From Mobula birostris (taxonomy: Eukaryota): a DNA stretch of 64,000 bases. The notes beneath the pieces are model-generated. The model did not search any database. It was given only the letters and a program-made list of their open reading frames with translations, and had not been told where the DNA came from. The number at the start of each line of letters is the position of its first letter. Position 1 is the stretch's first letter. The position numbers and the translations under genes were made by a program. Positions 13,463 to 25,683 of the stretch are shown in pieces. The stretch lies in the NCBI RefSeq assembly GCF_030028105.1, contig NC_092389.1, positions 26,909,308-26,973,307 on the forward strand, in the 5' to 3' direction.

Positions 13463-13789
13463 CTAGGATACATTGGTCATGGAGCCAATTTGTTCAATAG
13501 AATTGGATAGCTGGAGCAGGAATTAGAAGTGAGAAAGAAGGGGCTCATTGTTCAAATGGCTCACTCAATGTCACCTACCATAAGCAAACAATCATCAGGC
13601 ATTGAGAGAAACTTTCCTTTTACTAGTCCAGACAGACAGAGGAATGCCCATCACTGTGTCACAACCATCTCAGGTGAAACCAGTAAACAACAATACCAGT
13701 GGTTGAACCTTGTCCAATGTTGCTCTGTACGAGCCAGTACAACACCAAGTCGGAATGTGAACTTGCGTCCTGGGGCATCAGAGATGGGA

Positions 13790-14282
13790 CTTCAAGTTCA
13801 CTTTATTGCTAATCAACCGTAACCATTTATACAGCCAAACGAAACAACGTTCTTCCAGACTCAGGTGCACAACACAGTACATATAACACACACCCATAAC
13901 TCAAAGTAATATTACCACAAATAAATTAACAAATAATAGGGTGCATACATGATCTAAGCTAAAAAGCAAACAGTATAACGCTACTGGTGCTTCATACGTG
14001 ATGAGACTCTGGTGGTGGCAGGGAGTTCAGTCGTCTTATGGCCTGGAGGAAGAAGCTGTTTCCCATTCTAACTGTTCTTGTCCGAATGCTACGGTACCTC
14101 CTGCCTGATGCTAGAGGGGTTCAAAGAGATTGTTGGACAGATGGGAGGGATCATTGACAATACTTAGGGCCCTACACATGCAACGCTCCTGATACACATC
14201 TCCAACAGATGGAAGCTAGACCCTGATGGACCTCTCAGCAGTCCTTGCAACCTTTTGTCGGGACTTGCAGTCAGATGCCTTG
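13790..14282 (-). mobile_element. Rex1/Babar LINE 3' fragment
   Basis: TTCAAGTTCA tail and strong similarity to 45016-45520. Confidence 0.8.
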
Positions 14283-14284
14283 AA

Positions 14285-14560
14285 ATATATTCTTTATTGA
14301 GATGTAGTGTGGAATAGGCCCTTCGAGCCGCACCGCCCTGCAACCCTTGATTTAACCCTGGCATAATCACAGGACAATTTACAATGACCAATTAACCTAC
14401 TAACTGGTACATCTTTGGACTTTTGGAGGAACCTGGAGTTCCTGGAGAAAACCCAAGCATTCCATGGGGAGAATGTAAAGACTCCTTACCAATGACGTCG
14501 GAATTGAACTCCGAGATCCGACGCTCCGAGCTGTAATAGTATTGTGCTACCAGGGCGCCC
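14285..14560 (-). mobile_element. V-SINE (HE1-like)
   Basis: Reverse complement of the 7940/17454 family, with B-box GAGTTCAATTCC on the minus strand. Confidence 0.8.
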
Positions 14561-15022
14561 ATAAGTTTCTTCAGTAAGAAAGTTTAACACAAGTCCATTC
14601 TAACAGAAAGTTACTGCCAAGTTTATGTTAGAACACACCAGGGAGGGGTTGGGGGAGCAGGCCTCACGACTGAAGGTTTCAGAGGCACAACAAAGAAAGG
14701 TTGTTCGTACAACCAGTCTGTGACAAAGCCCAACAGCTCAAAGTTCAAATGTGCAAATGCACACATAGGAATTGATCTCTGTCAAAATGGAAAACTTATG
14801 GAAATCTACCTAAAGTTACAGAATTCATTTTGGTTTGAAAGAAAGCGCAACGTGATGGGTCTGCTTGATCATAATTAAAACATTTCTTATGCAAGTATCA
14901 AATTACGTGAAAGGCTATATCAGCCATGCAGATAATACACAGCCAAATGCAAAAGATATCACACTGCACATGTTCGTAAGCTGACACAAGATCAAAACTC
15001 TTCCAAAATGCAGGACTTAAAC

Positions 15023-15495
15023 CTCTCCTGAGTATCTGAAGCCTCCGTTGTTCACGGTTGACTACGGATGTTGTGTCCTAGCTGTCGAGATACGCAAGCC
15101 AGAGCAGTACAACATGGAGAGCAAGCTGTTGCCCACGTAGCAAGCTCCTCCTCTCCACTCATCTGATGAACCCAAAAGAATGGCAGAGACTGATACAGTT
15201 TGGTACCAGCAGCATTGTAGGAGTTGCCAGTCAGCATTGAACTCAACGTCGGACTGTCTTAGGGACACCAGCTCTGGACTTTTCCCCTCGAGGTTTACTC
15301 CTGAAGCCTTCCTCATGAGTGAGTACAGCCGCAAGGCAGCAGTTTGAGATCAGGGTTTTCCTTCTCCTCGATGAGCTGCCAACCATGACTGACGAGCCCC
15401 ATCTGCCCAAAGCATCTGGCTTTAAGGTGCCAGTAACCAGCCTTTGCCCCTTCTCCAGTCAGCAGAAACGGTTCCGCCAGACTTGGTATCTAAGC
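15023..15495 (-). mobile_element. Non-autonomous RTE-derived retroposon
   Basis: The minus strand contains GGGCAGATGGGGCTCGTCAG..GGCAGCTCATCGAGGAGAAGGAAAAC, a motif I recognise from RTE 5' regions, and an RTE-like 3' end. TSD CAGGACTTAAAC (15011-15022) / CAAGACTTAAAC (15496-15507). Confidence 0.6.
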
Positions 15496-16589
15496 CAAGA
15501 CTTAAACACACCCCATAAATCACCCCAAATATATACTATTCCACAGCCTAATACACATTCTAGCACAACATAATAACCAAATCTCACATAAATGCACCCA
15601 CAGACAAATGATATCCAATACATACACAACATGAACACCTCATACATGAACGTACAGAAACCAAAACACAAGTGTTGAAATGTAAACCATCTTTTACCTG
15701 TATACATTCAAACAACATATAAACCCACCACATACAAAGTCACTCACTAAAACTGTATAAACGGCATACAACAAGAAACACACCAGGGCTATGAGAAGAG
15801 AGAAAAGGGAACTGGCGCCATAAACTGGCCTCTGTTTCAGTATCCGGTTCGTTGCTTTTCTGTGAATCCTCATCACCACACATCGTAAAGCAAACGTTTT
15901 GGGCCAGCTGTACCCCAGGATATTGTTATTTTCCTAAATGAGCTAAAGCCCTCTGCTGTAGCACAATGCTTCAAAGTCTCAAAAAGCCTACAAATCCAGT
16001 CAAATTATAGTGGGGATCCCCAGGAGACCCCACTCAAATATCAAGGCAATGAGTCATATTAAATCAATGTCCCCGGGCCTCCCATAGTCATAAGAGTTTG
16101 AAATCTCTTAACCGTAAACTCTCAGGAGTCCTAGCAACACTTCAGGAGCCAACACCATGAACAGATGTTTCTGAAGACACTGCCTAGAAATCTGTAATCA
16201 GACAGTCAATCTTTTGAAAGCATCCGGTTCTTCCCAACAAAAAGCTAACAGCCACACATCAGTGTTTCATTCTGCCCGAATCTGTAGGTTCCATTCTGCA
16301 GAGGTATCAGACCTCAGCTGGAGAGATGGCTATAAAGATGCCCTGATGCCCCAAGCTGAAAGGTGGAAATCAGGAGCCATTTTGCTACAGGTCACCGTGC
16401 ATTAGTGCAAGCCTGCAGAAGCAAGATGAACACGGCTTCAGTTCTGATGCCACCAGGAATGGAATGATTAAATAAATAAATCCATACTTAACAGTAGCTG
16501 GTAGTTAGACTGCAGACATGCCTTCAAGACCGTTCATATCCAAAGAGATTTTGATGTGCTTGTGCAGAGTATATAAGCATATATAACAA

Positions 16590-17180
16590 TCATTTAGGAA
16601 GGTAAATGGTACACTGGTATTTATGATAACAGTATTGGAAGCCATGTCTTACTGAGATCATATAGGGCTCTGGTGAAAGCCCGTTTACAACATTCTCTGT
16701 CATTGAGATCACCATAACTAAAGAAAAACATACTTGCATGGAATCAGTGTAGAATCAGGTTGATTCCTGGAATGAAGGAGCTCTCTGTAATCGGAGATTA
16801 AATGTGTCCTTTGCTAAATGGATCTTTAAAAAAAATGAGAGATGATCTTATTAAATGTATATCACTCAGTATGTTTGATATAATAGATGCTGAGAGATAG
16901 GTTCTTTTAGCTGTGAAGAATCTACAACTAGGAGACAATCTCAAGAGCTGGCCACTTAGAAGTGAGATGACAAGAAATTACTTTGCAAAAAATACTATTT
17001 ACCTCATGGGGGGTTGCTCAGTTGTCAAGTCTATTTAAAGCTAAGAGTGACAGTTATTTGTATAATGAATGAGCTAGGGGATAAGGATTGAATAGGTAAA
17101 TATACTCAGCATAGGATCAACTTTCATTTATTGAATGGCAAAGCTGGCATGAAGGATTAGATGGGATGGTCTTACTTTAC
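16590..17180 (+). mobile_element. Old CR1 3' fragment
   Basis: Degraded RKVNGTL..SYRALVKA..RLIPGMKEL..RDDLIK motifs and a CR1 tail. Confidence 0.6.
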
Positions 17181-17453
17181 ATTGGTTAAAGCTAAGATTA
17201 TGGCACAGACAGTTCTCAGTTGTACCTTGGAGCTTCTTTTCAGGGAAACAATTTGACCCTTTTTAGGTGAACATGATTTGTCCTTTACTGTCTAAAGTTA
17301 CACAACACGAACAATTGCTAGGGAGAAGTATCAGTACCTTTGAGACAGCACATGAGCAACATTTTCAGGAATGTAATGGAGGCAAGTCATTCAAAAGTGA
17401 CCAAAACAAAAAAAGAATATTATCAGAAACATCTTGGTTAAAACTTCTCCACT

Positions 17454-17760
17454 GGGACGCCATAGTAGCACAGCAATTAGCACGATGGTATTACAGCGCG
17501 GGGCATCAGAGTGCAGAGTTCATTTACAGCGTCCTCTGTAAACAGGTTTGTACATTCCTTCCCATGAGCACATGGGCTTCCTCCAGATGCTCTGGTTTCC
17601 TCCCATATTCCCAAAGTTGTATCAGTTAGTCAGTTAATTGGTCATTGTAAATTGTCCTGTGATTAGGTTAGGGTTAAATAGGTGGGTTGCTGGGCAGCAT
17701 GGCTCAAAGGGCAGAAAGGGCCTGTTCTGCACTGCATCTCTAAATAAAATAAAATAAATT
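17454..17760 (+). mobile_element. V-SINE (HE1-like)
   Basis: tRNA-like head, V-domain, tail ..CATCTCTAAATAAAATAAAATAAA. Confidence 0.8.
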
Positions 17761-18257
17761 AACACATAATCTAGCTTAATCTTTTAATACTATACAAAGA
17801 AAATGCCACATTGCTGGACATATGCCATATCTTAAATGAGAGGTTAAACTAAAGTCACATTGGTCCATTCAAACAAATATAACAGGCCCCATGACACCAT
17901 TATAAGAGGAGCAGCTATTGAAAATCACAAGTACAGTCCCCGTATTTTTAGGCAGCAGCTGTTTTTACTGAGTCCACTAAATCCCATTTACACCTCAACC
18001 AGACCAATCTTATTTTTGCTTCTCCTGTTACCTTGCACAATTATTCCTTTCAACATGCAACCTCACAGCCTTCACCAAGTTTTCTTTTCTCATGTTCACA
18101 GACTTTGTAATTGCTTAAAAACCGTTACTTACCCATTGATTTTTCCTGTTTTAGTGAAAGGCATTTGACCTGAAATATTAACCTTTTGTCTTCTCCCCAA
18201 CTTTAAAGAATTTGTACTCAGTGGGTTCTTGATATCTAACCAAATCTGCAACAGAGT

Positions 18258-18737
18258 CTCTCTCTCTCTGGCTATCCATCCCATAGGATGATGATGGTTC
18301 CTTTCAGTCAGTTAGTGGGGTTGACCCCACTCCTCAGAAAGGAACAGCGTGTGCGTGAATGGATTTTAGGTGAGTAGGGGGTTGCACAGGTCCAGACCCA
18401 CCCTCTCGACATCCCCTCCCAGATCCAGAGGCATGGTGGGGTCCAAGACGGCTGGGGGAAGTTCTGTTGCAGTGAATGGTAGCTTCGATGCAAGGGATGC
18501 CCTTTCCGCGCTTCACGGCACATGTTTGCTAGATGGCCGTTGACCCTACGAGAGGGTTCATCCGCCCTTTGACAGGTCTTGTTTTTCGTCCTGCAGGGTG
18601 TCTAGCCACCCTCGTCACCAGGCAAGCCTGGTGGGGGAGCCAGTTTAGTCGCCGACCACCCGACCATGCGACAGGTAGTACTGGGTTACATGGTACCAGT
18701 AGCACTCAGACGAGTGACCTGACCTGAGATGAGTGAC
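18258..18737 (-). mobile_element. Non-autonomous retroposon with an RTE-like 3' stem-loop and (AG)n tail
   Basis: The minus strand ends CCATCATCATCCTATGGGATGGATAGCC(AG)n. TSD CAACAGAGT (18249-18257) / CAACAGAAT (18738-18746). GC/CpG-rich, no ORF. Confidence 0.65.
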
Positions 18738-19009
18738 CAACAGAATACACAGAATGTGTATAGTTCCTTCATGGGACCTTTACACATGGCCTCTGAAACT
18801 GTCGATGAACAGTGAGCTAGACACAATACTTAAATGGCGAAAACCTTCAGTATTTTGCAACCACTATTATGAATGCCACAATAACCTGAGTATTTACTGC
18901 ATTTTTTTTTGTTTTTATAGTCAGAACACTGAAGATTTTGGATATCAGAGTTATTGTGTGATTTTGTTAGGTCAAATTTGTTGTCACGCCCTATTGTGAT
19001 GAAATGAAA

Positions 19010-20282
19010 TGCTTTGAGAGGTTACTCATGGCTACAATCAACTCCTGCCTAAGCAAGGAACTGGAAGTACTGCAATTTGCCAATCACCACAAAAAGCCTA
19101 CAGTGGATGTAAACTCACTGGCTCTCCATTTGATCTTCTATCACCTGGACAATAGCAATACCTATGTTTATTGACTACAGCTCAGCATTCAGCATAATCA
19201 TCCCATCATTTCTAATCAACGAACTCCAAACCCTGGGCCTCTGTACCTCCATCTGCAAATGGATCCTTTACTTCCTCACTGGGAGACCAGTCTGTGCAGA
19301 TCAAGTATACCATCTCCTCCTCACTGACAGTCAACACTGACATACCTAAGGATGTGTGTTTAGCCCACTGTTCTACTCTCTCCACACCGACAATTGTGTG
19401 GCTAGGCACAGCTCAAATGCCATTTATAAATTTGCCAATGACACAACTATCATTGGCAGAACTTCGAGTGGTGACGAGGAGCCATGCAGGAGCAAGATAG
19501 ATCAGCTGGTTAAAGTGGTGTCATAGAAACAAGCTTGTACTCAATGGCAATAAGACCAAGGAATCAATCGTAGACTTCAGGAAGGGGAAGTCGATGGAAC
19601 ACACACCAGTCCTCATCAAGGGATCAGCAGTGGAAGGAGTGAGCAGTTTCAAGTTCCTGATGTCAACATCTCTGTAGATCTATCTTGGTCCCAACATATT
19701 GATGCAACTACAAAGAAGGCACGACAGTGGCTATACTTCATTAGGAGTCTGAGGAGAATTAGTATGTCACCAAAGACACTTACAAGTTTCTACAAATGTG
19801 CTGGTTGCATCACTGTCTGGTATGGAGAGGCCACTGCACAGGATTGGAAAAAACTGCAGAAAGTTGTAAACTCAGCCAACTCCATGTTGGGCACTATCCT
19901 CCCCAGCACTGAGGACATTTTCAAAAGGTGATGCCTCAAAAACACAACATTCATTATTAAAGACTCCCATCACCCAGGACATGCCCTCTTCTCATTGCTA
20001 CCATCAGGGAAGAGGTACAGGAGCTTGAAGGCACACACCAACATTCCAGGAACAGATTCTTCCTCTCCGTAATCAGATTTCTGAATGGACAATGAACCAA
20101 TGAACGCTACCTCACTATTTTCCCCTCTTTTTTTGCATGATTTATTTAATTTAATTTTTTTTTATGTAGACTTCTTATTGTAATTTATATTTTTATTATT
20201 ATGTATTGCATTGTACTGCTGCTGGAAAACAACAAATTTCATGATATATGCCAGAGATCTTAAACTTGATTTTGATTCCTCA
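19010..20282 (+). mobile_element. Rex1/Babar LINE RT and 3' end, degraded
   Basis: [35 protein letters not shown] and KARQWLYFIRSLRR remnants, plus the Rex1 3' tail. Confidence 0.85.
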
Positions 20283-21808
20283 GTTATGGTTGTTGCACAT
20301 TAAAAGCAAGTTGTTAGCAGTGAATAGTTTGGGGGCACAAGATGTTCATTTTCACCTGTCTTTCCCTAGGGAAGTACTGTGCCAAAGGTTCAGACAATGA
20401 GCAGCAATAGAACACAGGATCACAGGGTATGTAGGTCACAGTCTCCTGAAAATGAATGGTGGTTTCAAAACCAAAAGTTCAGCTAAACATCACATTCTTC
20501 CTGTTACACTCACTCACACTGTCAATGATGGTCTTGCATTTTAAAAAATTCACTTGTCTTTTCCTTTTTCAACTGTTAATTGGTTTATTGTGAACTTCGT
20601 GCTTGGCTTAGATTTCCATTATCAATTCACTGTTTTTGTTAAACCTCTCTCGAATGAAACTTTCACTGGACTGCCCTCAGACAATCAGTGCACAGTCTTT
20701 CTGATAATCAGTAATGCAGCAGAGACGAATGGTATATCCAAGCCCACCAAAAATTCTGTAAAATGAGCACCATCAACATCCAGTACACACACAGCTCATG
20801 AGCAAAACACATCCAATCATGTTTGAAGAAATCGGAATTCAACTGGAAAGACATAACTGTAGAAAAGAGAGTGTAGACTGATTAGCTTTTTCTGCAATGC
20901 AAGCATGTGTGTTTTTACCATTCTGATAATGCTATTGTACAAACGTCATTCACATCAGTCCATATATCTCAGGAAACAAATTCAAGCCAAATGTGTAAAG
21001 AGGGTTGCAGCAATTCCAAGATGGTCGTGGATATTTGGAGCCAAGTCAACCTTCTGTTGAAAAGTAAGATAAACATTCTTAGGGCAGTGCTGATTACACC
21101 TAGCAGATTAATTGTAGCTGGATATTAGGATTCCTCCCTCTTTGCTCCAGATGTCCATGCCAAAAACTACTCCAATAAATGGGACATCTCCACCTGGACA
21201 AACATTAGGAGACTTACTGGGGCTTTGGCTTAATAACTGTGCAGCTTTAGCTGTTTAAGATCTGACAATACCCACATGCACATTTATAAAGATCCTTAAA
21301 CCATAGGTCTGCCAAGAATGCCTCTAGGTACACATTTGTCAACAGACTGACTCAGAGATACAATGTATGCTGGTGGTTTTTCATAAATATTAAACCTCAA
21401 ACTGACAAAAAAAATTGTCCCAAAGGCATTGAGCTAAATTTGGGTTAACATTGCATTTGTAAGTCTGGAAGTTGCTTTGGCTAATACTCACTACAATGCA
21501 GCTCTCCACGAAACCTTCAAATGGCCATCCCATCATCTACATGTGAATTACAGAAGTGAGATTACAAAATTACAAAGAGATTACAAAATGAGAGGAACCA
21601 AATAGTTGACTTCTGCGTTATATCCTTCCATGGGGTAACATCTCATCATATCCACTGGCACTTACACTACGTATACATAAATATTACATTTCTCTATTGC
21701 ATTCCTCTTGTCTTGTCATGTCTTTGCTTTCCATAACCCATGAAGTCTCTAATGTTAACAACTTTTGAATAAATCAATCATTTAATTCAGCTCTACGACC
21801 TCTTAATA

Positions 21809-22782
21809 TCCGGTTAAGATAGCACCACCAAATGCATGCAACAGTTCATGAGTAGTTAAAAAGTTGAGAAATCTGACTAAAAACATCACTAAAAGCACAT
21901 TTCTGAGGTAAATTGTGTTAAATTATTGCTGCAAACAGTGAGGGGGCGAGCGATGGTGAAGCTTATTCGGGGGGGGGGGGGGGGGGTGAGCCGAGATGCT
22001 GTGTTGCAGAATCAATACAGATGGACTGAGCCATTCAGAGAGGAGAAGTTGGGGCCGTGGCAGAGGAGTTCCGATACCCGTACAATTGCCTTGGGTGCGA
22101 GGTTGAATCGCTCTGGGCTCCGAGCTTGAGAGCGGCTTCAGACTGGGCGGTGAAATCTGGGCCTGAAGTGAGTCGCTGGGCAGCGTGGTCTAGGTCTCAA
22201 GCCCTTCGCCATAGCCGGGTCCTAGTGAGAGGTACGATATGATGTTTAGACAATCTATACGCAGCTCAGATAAGAGGTGAGAGCTGATTTCACTCGCTCT
22301 CCATGATGTTCACTCCTCTCTCCAGGGTGCCGGAGCATTTTGCTGTTCCATTGTTTGGTCAGTGTAAACACTGGCCCAGATAGACTGAAAACACAGGGCA
22401 TCAGAATCCAAGGTGAGAGCCAACTTCGCTGACTCTCTACAATAGTCACTCCTCTCTCCATGGCGCTGAGGCTATGAAGACTGCCACAGCTGCCATGCTC
22501 TGTGCCTGCTAATGTGATGAACTGATAAGTGAGGCTTTCGGCCTACTCTGGATTGCTCTGGGGTTCGGAGCTGAAGTCTCAGTTTGGTTTGGTTGTTGTT
22601 GGCTTCAATTGTTTGCATGATTTGTGTTTTATTTTCCCTTTCTCTTGTGCATTGGGTGTTTGTCTGTTATCTTTTTTCTTTAATTGGGTTCTTTTGAGTT
22701 TCTTGCTTTGTGGCTACCAGTAAGCCATCAAATCTTAAGGTTGTATAATTTATACATTCTTTGATAATATATGTACTTTGAC
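21809..22782 (+). mobile_element. Long non-coding Rex1-tailed retroposon
   Basis: 5' CCGGTTAAGATAGCACC (decayed AAGATGGCG), GC-rich non-coding body, 3' ..ATACATTCTTTGATAATATATGTACTTTGA tail. Confidence 0.6.
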
Positions 22783-23790
22783 CCTGAAACTGCTCGAAAC
22801 AACTTGCTTCCAACTACCCATTCACTTAACCCTCTTCACTATTCTTAAATCATCCCTTTCAAGTCTTCAAGTCCTTTCATTCTTTCTTTGCATTCCGCAT
22901 TCCTGTGTTGGTGTTTTAGTCTCTGTTTCAGTTTGCACTGCATGCTCCTTGTGCCTATCTTCATGTACAAGATGCTCCATTGTTGATTTTCTTACAACTT
23001 CTGGAGAGCACTAGGTTCCAAGGCTCATTAGGCTAGACCATCCCAACAGGGTGTGCACCCATCCCCAAGGGCTTGGTGACATGGGGAGTGAAACATTGAG
23101 GAGCCTTCCATAATATTTGGAAATTCACCAAAGATGTACCAAAGAATAAATATGAGTTGCTGGGCTGTGAGCAATCTTCCGGGATCCCAAACACATCTCC
23201 ATGTAATGCCCTGAGGTGTCATCAAGCATTGATGTACTACACATATACAAGTTGGACCCTCACTCAGAAAAGGAAGGCAAGGAAGTTCTGGGCTAGACAT
23301 ACAGTCCAGATTCTACTAACCAATAGTAGTTTCTCACAACTCAACCTCTCACTCCTCCACTTTCTACACCCTACAGCATAAATCACACAGTATAGTCCAA
23401 CCTAAGTGCACTAAAAGACCCACAAGACTGCATTTTGAATTAAGATAAATAGCACATGCAAATACATGGGAACAATAACACACCCAGGTTTCCATTACAT
23501 CTCCAGCAGACAAGGGTGCACATTTAAGTTTCAGGGATTTGAACACATAATGCAGGCAGGAGCACAGGAGGTGTATCCATTTGGGTTACCCAGAAAGTTA
23601 GCAGTAGCAAAACATAGTATTCGCAATGGCGATAGGATTGACTTCAACGGCACAAAACTACTGGCTTTTGGGAACACCTGGTAAAGGAACCATTGAAATA
23701 AAACTAGAGGAAAAGAATTTTAACAAAGATGAAGGTCTCGCTCTAAGTAAGAACTGGAATTTGACTGTAAACAAGGTAGTAGAGCAGAAA

Positions 23791-23844
23791 CCTGATTGGT
23801 TAGTCCTCATCCAATCAGGAGGGTCGGCTGCTGTGGCTATAAAT
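23791..23844 (+). promoter_or_regulatory. Putative pLTR promoter: inverted CCAAT pair and TATA box
   Basis: CCTGATTGG (23791) and CCAATCAGG (23811) form an inverted pair. TATAAAT is at 23838-23844, about 30 nt upstream of the ribozyme core. Confidence 0.45.
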
Positions 23845-23872
23845 GCCACTGGACTAGACATGCCCAGGCATC

Positions 23873-23915
23873 ATCCCTGATGAGGGTGGCAGAGTTTGTC
23901 ATTGAAACGTCAGTT
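23873..23915 (+). ncRNA. Type I hammerhead ribozyme motif (long stem II variant, decayed)
   Basis: CTGATGA (23877-23883), stem II GGTGGCAG/TTGTCATT, GAAAC-GTC (23904-23911). Stem I is weakened. Confidence 0.65.
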
Positions 23916-24254
23916 ATAATCGATACCTGTACCCAGCTGGAAGATATTAATGCTGGACTGGTAGGCTATCTTTCAGATAAGCTAAACTCTGATGCTTGTA
24001 ATAGTGCAAGCCATTTTGACTCATCCTACCATAGACATTCCCTTGGTTCTAAATACCCCTCCCCCATTTTCTTTCCCACTGTAATCTAACTTGCATCTTT
24101 CTCTTTTCCTGCTTTGCCAAAGGATTGCAAACCTAAAGCATTGATGTATCTCTTTTCATAAAGGCTATCCGACCTGCTGTGTATTTTCAGCATTTTCTGT
24201 TTTATTTATGATTTTCAGCATCTGCAGTTGTTTTGATTATCCTTTGAAGCTGTT

Positions 24255-24475
24255 TTCAGTGAATTATTTCTCCCTGGTGTCCAGGCTAAAACATACTCTT
24301 CAGCCCATGACACTGAATGAAGGTATCTTGTCATTATTACATTGCTGTTTCTGAGAGCTTTCCGTGCACCATACTCGTTTCAGCATTTCCCACGATACCA
24401 CAGAACGTACACTTCAAGTCTGTAACACTTTGGAGCTTTAGGATACTTTGTCATTTGTTAAGCACAATATATGAC
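24255..24475 (+). mobile_element. Deu-domain SINE remnant (SacSINE1/AmnSINE1-like)
   Basis: TCTCCCTGGTGTCCAGGCTAA..TATCTTGTCATTATTACATTGCTGTTTCTGAGAGCTT..GTACACTTCAA resembles the Deu domain. Confidence 0.55.
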
Positions 24476-24477
24476 CA

Positions 24478-24995
24478 ACTAAACTATAGGAAGGATATCA
24501 GTAAGATTGAAAGCGTGTAGAGAAGATTTACTAGGATGTTGCCGGGTCTTCAGGAGTTGACTTACAGGGAAAGATTGAACAGGTTAGGACTTTATTCCTT
24601 GGAGCATAGAAGAATGAGGGGAGATTTGATAGAGGTTTACAAAATTATGAGGGGTATAGACAGAGTAAATGCGAGTAGGCTCTTTCCACTTAGATTAGGA
24701 GAGATAAATACAAGAGGACATGGCTTTAGGGTGAAAGGGGTAAGGTTTAGGGGGAACATTTGGGGGAACTTCTTCACCCAGAGAGTGGTGGGAGTGTGGA
24801 ACGAGCTGCCATCTGATGTGGTAAATGTGGGCTCACTCTTAAGTTTTAAGAATAAATTGGATAGATACATGGATGGGAGAGGTCTGGAGGGTTATGGACT
24901 GGGAGCAGGTCAATGGAACTAGCAGAATGAAGTTTTGGCACAGACTAGAAGGGCCGAATGGCCTGTTTCTGTGTTGTAGTGTTCTATGGTTCTAT
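24478..24995 (+). mobile_element. Young CR1 LINE 3' fragment
   Basis: Uninterrupted 128-aa ORF2 C-terminus (RLNRLGLYSLEHRRMRGDLIEVYKIM..FFTQRVVGVWNELP) and a TTCTATGGTTCTAT tail. Confidence 0.9.
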
Positions 24996-25683
24996 TTCCT
25001 TTCTACAGGCAATCACCACCTCAGTTAGCAACAAATGCCAACTTGGTGCATTGGAATAAAAACAACCAATGTAACAATTACAGCAAAAAACGTTAGAGCA
25101 TGGGAAACAGGCAAAAATCCGTGGCAATAGCATTTGATAACAGTAATACATCAAATTAGCAGTACACATTCAGCAGCACTATGCCTGTTTGCCCTGTTCC
25201 AGCGGGACACTTGGGACCTGTGGCCTACATGGCTTAAAAGTGGCACAAACACCGCTGACAGGGCATTTCCCTGGAGCCACTCCCAAAACTGAAGGTTAAT
25301 CGGGAAAATACTGTAAAGATTGAAAAAACAAAAGATCACAGACACAGTAAAAATCATGATTATTTTCTTGTTAAGACCTTTTCACTTAATAGTCTTTGCA
25401 GGGGCTATTTTACTGAGCAGGTATGCTGAAAATGGGAGATCATGTGAAGCTGCCTCCAGGAAAGCACCTAACCAGGGCTGACAACTCTAAATGTCAGCAG
25501 TGCCTGAAAATTTACCTACTCTATAAGAATATACAAGCTCTGGAATTGCACCTAATCTGCCAACCAACCAGAACCTTAAAACATTGCCATTTCATTTCTA
25601 TTTCTTCTTTATTAATGCTCCTTGACACCTACCTCTTGACCCAGTTTTAGATTAAATGCCAGAATCTGTGGCTTTGCATCAAA

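Larger units (their letters stand above)
23535..23945 (+). mobile_element. Penelope-like element (Penelope/Poseidon type): GIY-YIG C-terminus and pLTR
   Basis: LAVAKHSIRNGDRIDFNGTKLL..IEIKLEEKNFNKDEGLALSKNWN resembles the Penelope endonuclease C-terminus (SAVAEH..EAIEI..NFNRDxG..LS..W). CCAAT/TATA motifs and a hammerhead motif follow. Confidence 0.8.

Noticed and set aside
15505-15790. CA-rich tract as a satellite
   Set aside because: Low complexity with no stable repeat unit.
18600-18725. Canonical HDV-like ribozyme call
   Set aside because: A P1-like pairing and a following GG fit, but I could not place P2, a canonical L3 or J4/2. Kept only as a structured-leader finding.
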